64,000 bases of DNA from Bugula neritina (taxonomy: Eukaryota > Animalia > Bryozoa). Made by a program: the position numbers and the translations under genes. Location: NCBI GenBank assembly GCA_964035545.1, contig OZ037770.1:15862642-15926641 (forward strand). The letters are read 5' to 3'. Positions within the stretch are counted from its first letter, which is position 1; each line of letters opens with the position of its first letter. The notes beneath the pieces are model-generated. The model did no database searches and was not told where the DNA came from. It saw only the letters and a program-made list of their open reading frames with translations. Shown one piece after another: positions 11,863 to 25,277 of this stretch.

Positions 11863-14800
11863 ATGACGTTGGTGGAGAGTTTGCTAGCACACCTATGCTC
11901 CGCCCCCTTCCTGTACTCTCTAGTGGGCGTGGCTGTGTCATTGGTTGCTTACACCTTTTCCTCTCGCAGCAACACGCAGCCTGAACCAAACCCTTTTGAG
12001 AAAGACTGTCGCAAGAAACGACGACCCATAAACAAGGACAAAGAATTCTGCAGCAACATTCTAAAGCAAGGTGTGTAGTTCTTACATGTACTCTCTGACA
12101 TCTCACAGCTACTGTAACATACAGCCTATCACAGTTACTGTATCACACAGCCTATCACAGCTACTGTAACATACAGCCTATCACAGCTACTGTAACATAC
12201 AGCCTATCACAGCTACTGTAACATACAGCCTATCACAGCTACTGTAACATACAGCCTATCACAGCTATTGTAACATACAGCCTATCACAGCTACTGTAAC
12301 ATACAGCCTATCACAGCTACTGTAACATACAGCCTATCACAGCTACTGTAACATACAGCCTATCACAGTTACTGTATTATACAGCCTATCACAGCTACTG
12401 TAACATATCATGTCTGCTGTACAGGGTTCTCACCTGCGAAAGTGCCACAAGACCTGGATGCTATTGTCATTGGCAGCGGGATAGGGGGGTTGTGCACGGC
12501 TGCCCTGTTGGCTAAGACAGGGAAGAAGGTGCTCGTGCTAGAGCAGCACGGCAAAGCTGGTGGCTGCTGTCACACCTTCTCTAAGAAGGGATTTGAGTTT
12601 GACACCGGTGAGTCACTGTGACTAGTAGAGTGTGACTAGTAGAATGTGACTAGTAGACTGTGACTAGTAGAGTGTGACTAGTAGAGTGTGACTAGTAGAG
12701 TGTGACTAGTAGAGTGTTACTAGTAGAGTGTGACTAGTAGACTGTGACTAGTAGAGTGTGACTAGTAGAGTGTGACTAGTAGAGTGTGACTAGTAGAGTG
12801 TGACTAGTATAGTATCATGTATAGTATATAGTGAACAGAGTAATGTGTCATACAGGTATACACTATGTGGGTAAACTACACACAGCTACCGTCAGAAGAA
12901 CTCTCCTCGATCAAATATCTTACGGACAGATACAATGGCAGGCTTTAGATGATAACTATGACACGGTATGTATTACTAGTCTATATATATTACTAGTCTA
13001 TATATATTACTAGTCTGTATATATTACTAGTCTATATATATTACTAGTCTGTATATATTACTAGTGTATATTATGGTAAGGATCAGGGGGAGGGGTACTA
13101 TATCGGGGGGGGGGGGGGGGGTACTAATAGACTTATCTTACTCATCAAGGGTGAAATTTGTGTGCATTAAGTTAATGAAGAATGCAAATCAAGCTAAACG
13201 TGCATGTTGTATGATATATAACTAATACTACTGCTACGCTGCCGTGTTCTGCTGCCGCAGGTGGTGCTGGGGAGAGGTGAGAGTCAGAAGAAAGTTCACC
13301 TGAAGTGCGGAGATCAGTTCCGACAGAGTTTACTCGACGCTTTCCCTCAGGAGGCAGCGGCTATCGATAAGTTCATAACTGACCTCAGAGTAAGTCACTT
13401 CTTCTCTGCTTGATACGTAATACAGTGACATCACTACTGTGTGTGTATGACATCACTACTGTGTGTGTATGACATCACTACTGTGTGTGTGTGTGACATC
13501 ACTACTGTGTGTGGTGACATCACTACTGTGTGTGTATGACATCACTACTGTGTGTGTATGACATCACTACTGTGTGGTGACATCACTACTGTGTGGTGAC
13601 ATCACTACTGTGTGGTGACATCACTACTGTGTGTGGTGACATCACTACTGTGTGTGGTGACATCACTACTGTGTGTGGTGACATCACTACTGTGTGTGTG
13701 ACATCACTACTGTGTGTGGTGACATCACTACTGTGTGTGGTGACATCACTACTGTGTGTGGTGACATCACTACTGTGTGTGGTGACATCACTACTGTGTG
13801 GTGACATCACTACTGTGTGTGGTGACATCACTACTGTGTGTGGTGACATCACTACTGTGTGGTGACATCACTACTGTGTGTGGTGACATCACCACTGTGT
13901 GTGGTGATATCACTACTGTGTGTGTGACATCACTACTGTGTGTGGTGACATCACTACTGTGTGTGGTGACATCACTACTGTGTGTGGTGACATCACTACT
14001 GTGTGTGGTGACATCACTACTGTGTGTGGTGACATCACTACTGTGTGTGGAGACATCACTACTGTGTGTGGTGACATCACTACTGTGTGTGGTGACATCA
14101 CTACTGTGTGTGGTGACATCACTACTGTGTGGTGACATCACTACTGTGTGTGGTGACATCACTACTGTGTGTGGTGACATCACTACTGTGTGTAGTGACA
14201 TCACTACTGTGTGTGGTGACATCACTACTGTGTGTGGTGACATCACTACTGTGTGGTGACTCCACTACTGTGTGTGGTGACATCACTACTGTGTGTTCCG
14301 TTGCAGGTGATAGAAGAAAGCAGCATTGGTCTGGTGCTGCTCAAGACGCTGCCTCTGTGGGCGGCTCAGCTGCTGCTCAGATCCCGTCTGCTTGACCTCT
14401 ACTGCTCCTACACTAAATACGCATCCCTCACCACTCGCCAGTATCTCGACAATCTCACAGACAATGAAGAGCTCAAGGCTGTGTTGGCTTACAACTACGG
14501 CGACTTTGGTGTGTCTCTCTGTACTACTTGTATACAGTATATCATGTATTATTATACAGTATATCATGTATTATTATACAGTATATCATGTATTATTATA
14601 CAGTATATCATGTATTATTATACAGTATATCATGTATTATTATACAGTATATCATGTATTATTATACAGTATAGCATGTATTAGTATACAGTATATCATG
14701 TATTATTATACAGTATATCATGTATTATTATACAGTATATCATGTATTATTATACAGTATAGCATGTATTAGTATACAGTATATCATGTATTATTATACA

Positions 14801-17800
14801 GTATATCATGTATTATTATACAGTATATCATGTATTATTATACAGTATATCATGTATTAGTATACAGTATATCATGTATTATTATACAGTATATCATGTA
14901 TTATTATACAGTATATCATGTATTAGTATACAGTATATCATGTATTATTATACAGTATATCATGTATTATTATACAGTATATCATGTATTATTATACAGT
15001 ATATCATGTATTATTATACAGTATATCATGTATTAGTATACAGTATATCATGTATTATTATACAGTATATCATGTATTATTATACAGTATATCATGTATT
15101 AGTATACAGTATATCATGTATTATTATACAGTATATCATGTATTATTATACAGTATATCATGTATTAGTATACAGTATATCATGTATTATTATACAGTAT
15201 ATCATGTATTATTATACAGTATATCATGTATTATTATACAGTATAGCATGTATTAGTATACAGTATATCATGTATTAGTATACAGTATATCATGTATTAT
15301 TATACAGTATATCATGTATTATTATACAGTATATCATGTATTATTATACAGTATATCATGTATTAGTATACAGTATATCATGTATTATTATACAGTATAG
15401 CATGTATTAGTATACAGTATATCATGTATTATTATACAGTATATCATGTATTATTATACAGTATAGCATGTATTAGTATACAGTATATCATGTATTAGTA
15501 TACTGTATATCATGTATTATTATACAGTATATCATGTATTAGTATACAGTATATCATGTATTAGTATACAGTATATCATGTATTATTATACTGTATATCA
15601 TGTATTATTATACAGTATATCATGTATTATTATACAGTATATCATGTATTAGTATACTGTATATCATGTATTATTATACAGTATATCATGTATTATTATA
15701 CTGTATATCATGTATTATTATACAGTATATCATGTATTATTATACTGTATATCATGTATTATTATACAGTATATCATGTATTATTATACAGTATATCATG
15801 TATTAGTATACTGTATATCATGTATTATTATACAGTATATCATGTATTATTATACTGTATATCATGTATTATTATACAGTATATCATGTATTAGTATACA
15901 GTATATCATGTATTATTATACAGTATATCATGTATTATTATACTGTATATCATGTATTATTACTAATCACAGGCACGTGCCCCTCTCAAGCCAACATTCT
16001 CATGAACGTAATGGTGTACAATCACTTCAAGATGGGCTCAGCTTACCCAGTAGGGGGCGGTGCTCAGATACCCCTCAATATCATACCAGTGATAGAGGAT
16101 GCAGGGGGTAAAGTCCTCGTCAAAGCTAGAGGTAAGTTTCATTTTGCTATAGAGTTGTTCATGTAGCAGCTGTTATCGTTATGTACCTATTCTGATATAC
16201 TACTATGACATCTCACTAACACTTTTACAGTCACAAAGATTCTGACGGAAGGAGACAGAGCTGTCGGGGTGAGGGTGAGCAGCAAGTCTAAGGAGACCGT
16301 AGACGTATACGCCCCGATAATTGTCTCTGATGCTGGAGTGTTGAACACTAAGGCTATGCTTCCCACTCAAGTGTTTGCCAAATCCCGTAAGTGATCAGCA
16401 CGCAATATGTCATGTCTCGGGGCTACAGTGTCACATGGTACAGTGTCACATGATGCAGTGTCACATGGTACAGTGTCACATGGTACAGTGTCACATGGTA
16501 CAGTGTCACATGATACAGTGTCACATGATGCAGTGTCACATGATACAGTGTCACATGATACATTGTCACATGATACAGTGTCACATGATGCAGTGTCACA
16601 TGATGCAGTGTCACATGATGCAGTGTCACATGATACAGTGTCACATGGTACAGTGTCACATGATACATTGTCACATGATACAGTGTCACATGATACAGTG
16701 TCACATGGTATGTTGCAGATTTATCAGATCTGGTAGCCGACAAGAGAATACAGAATGGCTACGGCTCCTTCACCATGTTTGTCGGTCTGAACGGAACAGC
16801 TGAATCTTTAGGGCTGAAAGCACAAAATATCTGGGCATTTCGAGAGTGAGAATACTGTAATGTTGCAGAATATATTTAGTATAGTATGTATAGTATATAC
16901 TGTAATGTTATAGCATATATTAAGTATAGTATGTAGTATATACTGTAATGTTATAGCATGTATTAAGTATAGTATGTATAGTATATACTGTAATGTTATA
17001 GCATATATTAAGTATAGTATGTATAGTATATACTCTAATGTTATAGCATGTATTAAGTATAGTATGTATAGTATATACTCTAATGTTATAGCATATGTTT
17101 AGTATAGTATGTATAGTATATACTCTGATGTTATAGCATAGATCTAGATGCTGGGTTTAAGAAGCTGACTAGGGGCAAGGATTTTGATGCTCAGGATTTG
17201 GGAGAAGTTCCTCTTATATTTCTCTCCTTCCCTTCTGCTAAGGTAACTAATACTAATACACAGTTGGGAGTGTCACTAGCAGTGAGTACTGTGAGAGTAT
17301 CACTGTCAGTGAGTACTGTGAGAGTATCACTGTCAGTGAGTACTGTGAGAGTATCACTGTCAGTGAGTACTGTGAGAGTATCACTAATAACAGTACGGAA
17401 GGCTGGAGCTGTTTATATTGATTGCAGGATCCTGATTGGTCCGACAGAAGACCAGGCAAATCCACAGCCGTTGCTATTACTATCGTGAGTTATGACTGGT
17501 TCGAGACGTGGGCCAATGAGAAGGTAGTTTATAAGACCTCTGTGTTTCTCTCACAAAGTATTCTTCTATATACTCATCTCTCTATCCCTCTTCTATATAC
17601 TCATCTCTCTATCCCTCTTCTATATACTCATCTCTCTACCTCTCTTCTATATACTCATCTCTCTTCCTCTCTTCTATATACTCATCTCTCTACCTCTCTT
17701 CTATATACTCATCTCTCTTCTATATACTCATCTCTCTTCCTCTCTTCTATATACTCATCTCTCTTCTATATACTCATCTCTCTTCCTCTCTTCTATATAC

Positions 17801-20300
17801 TCATCTCTCTACCTCTCTTCTATATACTCATCTCTCTTCTATATACTCATCTCTCTTCTATATACTCATCTCTCTATCTCTCTTCTATATACTCATCTCT
17901 CTATCTCTCTTCTATATACTCATCTCTCTTCTATATACTCATCTCTCTATCTCTCTTCTATATACTCATCTCTCTTCCTCTCTTCTATATACTCATCTCT
18001 CTTCTATATACTCATCTCTCTATCTCTCTTCTATATACTCATCTCTCTTCCTCTCTTCTATATACTCATCTCTCTACCTCTCTTCTATATACTCATCTCT
18101 CTTCTATATACTCATCTCTCTTCTATATACTCATCTCTCTATCTCTCTTCTATATACTCATCTCTCTATCTCTCTTCTATATACTCATCTCTCTTCTATA
18201 TACTCATCTCTCTATCTCTCTTCTATATACTCATCTCTCTTCCTCTCTTCTATATACTCATCTCTCTTCTATATACTCATCTCTCTATCTCTCTTCTATA
18301 TACTCATCTCTCTTCTATATACTCATCTCTCTTCCTCTCTTCTATATACTCATCTCTCTTCCTCTCTTCTATATACTCATCTCTCTTCTATATACTCATC
18401 TCTCTTCTATATACTCATCTCTCTTCCTCTCTTCTATATACTCATCTCTCTTCTATATACTCATCTCTCTTCTATATACTCATCTCTCTTCCTCTCTTCT
18501 ATATACTCATCTCTCTTCTATATACTCATCTCTCTTCCTCTCTTCTATATACTCATCTCTCTTCTATATACTCATCTCTCTTCTATATACTCATCTCTCT
18601 TCTATATACTCATCTCTCTTCCTCTCTTCTATATACTCATCTCTCTTCCTCTCTTCTATATACCCATCTCTCTTCTATATACTCATCTCTCTTCTATATA
18701 CTCTTCTCTCTATCTCTCTTCTATATACTCATCTCTCTTCTATATACTCATCTCTCTTCTATATACTCATCTCTCTTCTATATACTCATCTCTCTATCCC
18801 TCTTCTATATACTCATCTCTCTTCTATATACTCATCTCTCTACCTCTCTTCTATATACTCATCTCTCTTCTATATACTCATCTCTCTTCTATATACTCAT
18901 CTCTCTACCTCTCTTCTATATACTCATCTCTCTTCTATATACTCATCTCTCTTCTATATACTCATCTCTCTTCTATATACTCATCTCTCTTCTATATACT
19001 CATCTCTCTTCTATATACTCATCTCTCTTCTATATACTCATCTCTCTATCCCTCTTCTATATACTCATCTCTCTTCTATATACTCATCTCTCTATCTCTC
19101 TTCTATATACTCATCTCTCTTCCTCTCTTCTATATACTCATCTCTCTTCCTCTCTTCTATATACTCATCTCTCTTCTATATACTCATCTCTCTTCTATAT
19201 ACTCATCTCTCTACCTCTCTTCTATATACTCATCTCTCTTCTATATACTCATCTCTCTTCTATATACTCATCTCTCTTCTATATACTCATCTCTCTACCT
19301 CTCTTCTATATACTCATCTCTCTACCTCTCTTCTATATACTCATCTCTCTTCCTCTCTTCTATATACTCATATATATGTCTTAGTTATGAATATTTCAGG
19401 CGAAACAGCGTGGAGAAACCTACTCGGAGTTGAAAGACGCTATCGGCAAGCAAATGTGGGCCCAGGTAAGTATTTCCTGTTTTATATTATCATGCGTATA
19501 ATACACACTATACAGACTTTTATATTATCATATGTATAATACACACTATACAGACTGTTATATTATCATACATATAATACACACTATACAGAGTGTTATA
19601 TTATCATACGCATAATACACACTATACAGAGTGTTATATTATCATACGTATAATACACACTATACAGAGTGTTATATTATCATACATATAATACACACTA
19701 TACAGAGTGTTATATTATCATACATATAATACACACTATACAGAGTGTTATATTATCATGCGTATAATACACACTATACAGAGTGTTATATTTGTAATGA
19801 CTTATCGCCATGTTGAGTTTGACTCTGCAGATACTGGAGTTGTACCCCCAACTGGAAGACAAAGTGGAATACTTTGACGTGGCTAGTCCCCTCACTAATA
19901 GCCACTATATTGCTGCAAACCGTGGCGAGATGTACGGGCTGGACCACAATGTTTCCCGCTTCTCACCAGAAGTCACAATGAAACTCAGGCCAGATATTGG
20001 AATTCCAGGGCTATACCTGACAGGGCAGGTAAGTGTTGCTTAGATTCTCAGACTATAGTATACCCAGTAGTAGTATTCCATGCAGCACAGGTATATTGTG
20101 GAGTTATCTTTCCTCAGGACATAGTAACGTGTGGATTTACTTCAGCCTTGACAGCTGGATTACTGACAGCCTCTGTGATACTCGGGAGAAATATTTACAC
20201 CGACTGTGAGAAGTTGCATAATAAACTGGTTAAGGAAGGCAGCGCGCTGGAGGTGCTGAATGATGACATACTATTAAATGGGTCTGTGAAGGAAGAATAG
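11863..20300 (+). CDS. RETSAT: All-trans-retinol 13,14-reductase (retinol saturase), ~640 aa, 13 coding exons
   Basis: Exons 11863-12070, 12425-12607, 12856-12965, 13261-13389, 14307-14508, 15973-16131, 16231-16386, 16719-16845, 17137-17242, 17428-17523, 19400-19465, 19831-20028, 20118-20300. All are GT-AG and phase-compatible (1923 nt). Motifs: [71 protein letters not shown]. Confidence 0.95.
12103..12407. repeat. RETSAT intron 1 minisatellite, 26-bp unit ACAGCCTATCACAGCTACTGTAACAT
   Basis: About 11 tandem copies. Confidence 0.95.
12617..12808. repeat. RETSAT intron 2 minisatellite, 14-bp unit TGTGACTAGTAGAG
   Basis: About 13 copies starting ~10 nt after the donor. Confidence 0.95.
12972..13070. 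repeat. RETSAT intron 3 short minisatellite, ~18-20-bp unit ATTACTAGTCTATATAT
   Basis: About 5 copies. Confidence 0.85.
13425..14296. repeat. RETSAT intron 4 minisatellite, 19/21-bp unit GTGACATCACTACTGTGTGTG
   Basis: About 40 copies ending ~10 nt before the acceptor. Confidence 0.97.
14530..15962. repeat. RETSAT intron 5 minisatellite, 22-bp unit TATACAGTATATCATGTATTAT
   Basis: About 65 copies filling almost the whole intron. Confidence 0.97.
16424..16710. repeat. RETSAT intron 7 minisatellite, 15-bp unit CAGTGTCACATG(G/A)TA
   Basis: About 19 copies. Confidence 0.95.
16852..17140. repeat. RETSAT intron 8 minisatellite, ~45-bp unit containing the 3' splice site TTATAG|CAT
   Basis: About 6 copies; the last copy supplies the acceptor at 17136. 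Confidence 0.9.
17280..17385. repeat. RETSAT intron 9 minisatellite, 27-bp unit CAGTGAGTACTGTGAGAGTATCACTGT
   Basis: About 4 copies. Confidence 0.9.
17562..19370. repeat. RETSAT intron 10 pyrimidine-rich minisatellite, mixed ~19/28-bp units (CTCTTCTATATACTCATCT with or without a ~9-nt insert)
   Basis: About 1.8 kb with essentially no G on the + strand; source of the spurious 705-aa ORF. Confidence 0.97.
19482..19791. repeat. RETSAT intron 11 minisatellite, ~38-bp unit TATATTATCATACATATAATACACACTATACAGAGTGT
   Basis: About 8 copies. Confidence 0.93.
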
Positions 20301-21495
20301 TTCAGTCTTGTGGTTGTCTTCTCTTTATATATTTAGTTATGATGGATAGGCCATACCACATATACAGGACATAATACTTGAAATCTCTCTAACAAGTAAC
20401 AATCATTTTATTTTCCAAGTTTAATAATTTATTTGTTGTTTTCTTGTTTTAATTTATTTTCTTGTGAAAGATTTACTCTTAGCACATTCTATAGAATACT
20501 CAATGTATTTAATATTGATCATATTTCTATGTTAGTTGACAATATGCTCATTGTGATCATTATGATGAGTCAGCTTAGCTGTGAGTCATCAGTTGTGAAT
20601 GAGCGCAAAGCAATCGGCTTTTCGTGTTACTCAATGTTATACTCTTGTGGTATATTTTAAGGTGCCACTTTTAAATGCATGTCAATCAAATCACACAGCC
20701 TATAGACTATCAACTTTATTATTGCTAATGATTATTGTATTCTTGTGCTAATAGCTTAATTTAGTTCATTTTATTTTGTTAGAAATGGTATTTCTGTTAA
20801 TTGCATGCTGTCATTCCATTTTATTGTTGATATGAAGACATTTATTCTCAGGGCACTTGTTGTATACTGTCAGGGCACTTGTTGTATATTGTCAGATTAC
20901 CTGTTGTATACGGTCAGTGTACCTGGTGTATACTGTCAGGATACTTGTTGTATATTGTCAGAGTACTTGTTGTATATTGTCTGAAATACATGACAGGTTG
21001 CTGTCAATACTCATGCATCACGTGTTGTATTCATTCAATAAACCCAAGCAACCGTTTTACACTGTTAGTTTGTGCTGTCAAGACTGAATGGACTATAGAC
21101 TATAAAGCATAGACTATAAAGTATGGAGAGAGGATAACACTGGTAACTTGTTAAATTATAGTTGACAAACCTGTGTAAATACAGTAATGGCTACACTTTG
21201 TTAAATGTTTATAGCAGTCAACAAACAGTCTGGTAATATTCAATAGGATACGAAAATATAAAATAATAAGATGCATAGGTGCTTGTCTTCATAGAATTAT
21301 TAGCAGTGCTAGAGAATATACTTGTTACTATGTGAAGGAAACAGCAGTCTACTAACAGCTGCTCCTCTCATTTGGAGTTAACTTCTCGCTGTTTACTGTG
21401 TGACCTCGGTATATCAGCTGCTGATTAGTCGATGTCTGAAGTTGGCTGCTGATTGGCTAGCTGAGTTATTTGTGGCTGCTGATTGGCTGGCTGGG

Positions 21496-24400
21496 CTATT
21501 GGCGAGGGGCTCCAGGGTAGAGAGGCCGCTGAGCTTGTTGAGGTAACTGAGGGTAGGAGCCAGTAGCACGGGGATATGAGCCCCTGATCTGTCCAGAGTA
21601 GGGGTTGGTGGATGTGCCCCCAGCATTGTAGCCTCCGGGGGTTGGCAGCTGAGGCTGTGAATACATGTTCTACAAGTAGATACAGTATAGTATATAGTAT
21701 ACAGTATAGTATATAGTATACAGTATTGTATACATAGTATAGTATAGTATACACAGTATATAGTATAGCTGGGAACTGCAAGTATGGTAAAGTATAGTAA
21801 AGTATAGCTAAAACTCACCTGCTGATTCTGTGCTGTTGGCATTTGCTGTCCCGCCACACCGTAACCTCCGTAATACTGCTGCCCGCCCATCTGTTGACCA
21901 ATCCCTGGCTGAGCTGCCGATGAAGGCTGCCCGCCCATCTGTTGACCAATCCCTGGCTGAGCTGCCGATGAAGGCTGCCCGCCCATCTGTTGACCAATCC
22001 CTGGCTGAGCTGCCGATGAAGGCTGCCCCACCATTTGTGGGTTAGTTCCTGGCTGGGCTGCCGATGAAGGCTGCCACTGACTGTAGTTGAACTGCTGGGA
22101 TGGTTGTTGTGAAGTTGTTGCTTGTGTGATACCAGCCTGCGGAGTACCTGTGGCAGGTGTCAGAATACTAGTGTCAGAATACAAGTGTCAGAATACCAGT
22201 GTCAGAATACAGATGTCAGAATACAGGTGTCAAAATGCAGATGCCACAATAAAAGTGTCAGAATACAAGTGTCAGAATACAGGTGTCGGAATACTAGTGT
22301 CAGAATACAGATGTCAGAATACCAGTGTCAGAATACAGGTGTCAGAATACTAGTGTCAGAATACAGGTGTCAGACTACAAGAGTCTAACTAACAACAAAT
22401 TGCAGTTGGGATAGTTTTAGTAGAATCCAAACTTACTGTACTGAGATGAAGTAGCAACAGACACGTTACCATAGTAACTGGACGGCATGGCAGAAGCAGA
22501 CGACACGAAAGAGGCAGGTGCCTGACTAGAGAATGAATTTGGTAATTGACTTGCAGATGCAGGTGCTACTGAGTGGCTGTCGTATGCCGTAGAGCCAAAA
22601 GATGACTGAAGGGAGGCAGCTGTGCTAGGATCTGTAACAGAAATTATGTAGTGACACATGTAGTGCCACATGTAGTGACACAGTGTGACATTGTAGTGTG
22701 ACATTGTAGTGTGACAGAGTATGACTAACTTTGATGTTCTGACATGGTCATCCGGTCAAAGGATTTAGCAGCCTGGTCGCCATATTGACTATTGTTGTAT
22801 TGATTTCCTGTCAGCTGACTTCCTGTCAGCTGACTTGTGACGGGGGTGTAGAGAGGCTGGTCTGCTTGGCCGGTAGAACTGAACAGAGTATAAAGTATAT
22901 CAACACACAGGTATATATCAATCTACTGAGATATATTCATATGGATAGGTGTACGTAGATAAACTACTCAACAATTTAAGGAATACATTTTCTTAGCAAC
23001 TTCATAGGATCAATCATTTATAGATGTATCAGCCTTCATTCACCTGTCAGCCTGTGTTTGAAGCTTTATATGCCCCCCACTTTGAAGAGGGTCGAATTCT
23101 TTACTATCTAAAACAGGCTTATTCGCTTCTGGTGACAAATCCTCAATCACCGATGCGTCTGCAACAAATTTAAATACGAAATCAGCTGTATGCTCAGTAG
23201 ATATACGTCTGCTATATACTCAGTAGCTATACGTCTGCTATATACTCAGTAGATATACGTCTGCTATATACTCAGTAGTTATACGTCTGCTATATACTCA
23301 GTAGTTATACGTCTGCTATATACTCAGTAGTTATACATCTGCTATATACTCAGTAGTTATACGTCTGCTATATACTCAGTAGTTATACGTCTGCTATATA
23401 CTCAGTAGTTATACGTCTGCTATATACTCAGTAGTTATATGTCTGCTATATACTCAGTAGTTATACGTCTGCTGTATACTCAGTAGTTATACGTCTGCTA
23501 TATACTCAGTAGTTATACGTCTGCTATATACTCAGTAGATATACGTCTGCTATATACTCAGTAGTTATACGTCTGCTATATACTCAGTAGATATACGTCT
23601 GCTATATACTCAGTAGTTACACGTCTGCTACATACTCAGTAGTTATACGTCTGCTATATACTCAGTAGATATACGTCTGCTATATACTCAGTAGATATAC
23701 GTCTGCTATATACTCAGTAGTTATACGTCTGCTATATACTCAGTAGTTATACGTCTGCTATATACTCAGTAGTTATACGTCTGCTATATACTCAGTAGTT
23801 ATACGTCTGCTATATACTCAGTAGTTATACGTCTGCTATATACTCAGTAGTTATACGTCTGCTATATACTCAGTAGTTATACGTCTGCTATATACTCAGT
23901 AGTTATACGTCTGCTATATACTCAGTAGATATACGTCTGCTATATACTCAGCAGTTACACGTCTGCTACATACTCAGTAGTTATACGTCTGCTATATACT
24001 CAGTAGATATATGTCTGCTATATACTCAGTAGCTATACGTCTGCTATATACTCAGTAGTTATACGTCTGCTATATATTCAGTAGTTATACGTCTGCTATA
24101 TACTCAGTAGTTATACGTCTGCTATATACTCAGTAGTTATACGTCTGCTATATACTCAGTAGATATACGTCTGCTATATACTCAGTAGATATACGTCTGC
24201 TATATACTCAGTAGCTATACGTCTGCTATATACTCAGTAGTTACACGTCTGCTGTATACTCAGTAGTTATACGTCTGCTATATACTCAGTAGTTATACGT
24301 CTGCTATATACTCAGTAGATATACGTCTGCACTTACCCGCACTCTCTGCTGCATCCTCGTCTTCAAGATACCGAGTCTTAGCGTTGATCTGGTCGAGAAG

Positions 24401-25277
24401 TCTGTTGGCCATGTCTCTGACGGCGCACAAACCGGTTCTGATGGTGGCGATCTCGGAGTCATCAAAGTTTCTCTCCAGACCATTTACTGCTCAATATATG
24501 AAGACAAGAGTATACAGTACGGTACATGAAGACAAGAGTATACAGCACGGTACATGAAGACAAGAGTATACAGTACGGTATATGATATGAGTATATAATA
24601 TTAACACAGTATGAATACAGACTGTAGACTTACAGTATGAATACAGACTGTAAACTTACAGTATGAATACAGACTGTAGACTTACAGTATGAATACAGAC
24701 TGTAGACTTACAGTATGAATACAGACTGTAGACTTACAGTATGAATACAGACTGTAGACTTACAGTATGAATACAGACTGTAGACTTACAGTATGAATAC
24801 AGACTGTAGACTTACAGTATGAATACAGACTGTAGACTTACAGTATGAATACAGACTGTAGACTTACAGTAGAGAATACAGACTGTAGACTTACAGTATG
24901 AATACAGACTGTAGACTTACAGTAGAGAACCAACTTGAGTTGTCTCCTACACATCTGCAGGGCGAAGGACACGTCTGCGCTGTCAAACATGGTAATCAGG
25001 TCACCATCTGCAACAATTCAGTCACTCATATACAAACCACTCACCAATTACTCATATGCATCACATAAGCAGGGAGTTGACAAAGAGAGTTGAGAGTTGC
25101 CTCACCTTCATCTTTGTACTTGACAATGATTTCATCATCTTGTTTGATCACCCCTTTGTACACTCTCTGCATCATCAGCACCAACTCGTCATATGTGATG
25201 TCGTCGTTGTGGATTAGCATTTTGCGAATGTCATTTCCCAACTGAACTTTGATTACAATCTTCCCCTCCAAACTCAT
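21496..25277 (-). CDS. TFG: Protein TFG (PB1 domain, coiled coil, Q/P/G-rich tail), ~449 aa, 8 coding exons
   Basis: Exons 25277-25106, 25007-24921, 24486-24337, 23158-23044, 22878-22730, 22631-22437, 22147-21819, 21648-21496, all GT-AG and in phase. Sequence [40 protein letters not shown]...[14 protein letters not shown] is typical of TFG; also EFDPL and a C-terminal NPY. Confidence 0.95.
22155..22378. repeat. TFG intron minisatellite, 14-bp unit GTGTCAGAATACAG
   Basis: About 15 degenerate copies. Confidence 0.9.
23186..24330. repeat. TFG intron minisatellite, 26-bp unit CTCAGTAGTTATACGTCTGCTATATA
   Basis: About 43 copies, beginning immediately after the donor GTAAGT on the transcript strand. 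Confidence 0.97.
24606..24926. repeat. TFG intron minisatellite, 26-bp unit containing the 5' splice site (ACT|GTAAGT on the - strand)
   Basis: 12 copies of CTTACAGTA on +, spaced 26-27 bp; the rightmost is the functional donor at 24920. Confidence 0.95.

Noticed and set aside
13586-16803. HTVVMSP, CGDITTV, YYYTVYH and QCHM repeat ORFs
   Set aside because: RETSAT intronic minisatellites.
17422-19539. 705-aa ORF (LLYTHLSS...)
   Set aside because: Read-through of RETSAT exon 10 into a G-less intronic minisatellite that lacks stops in that frame; true splicing restores RETSAT.
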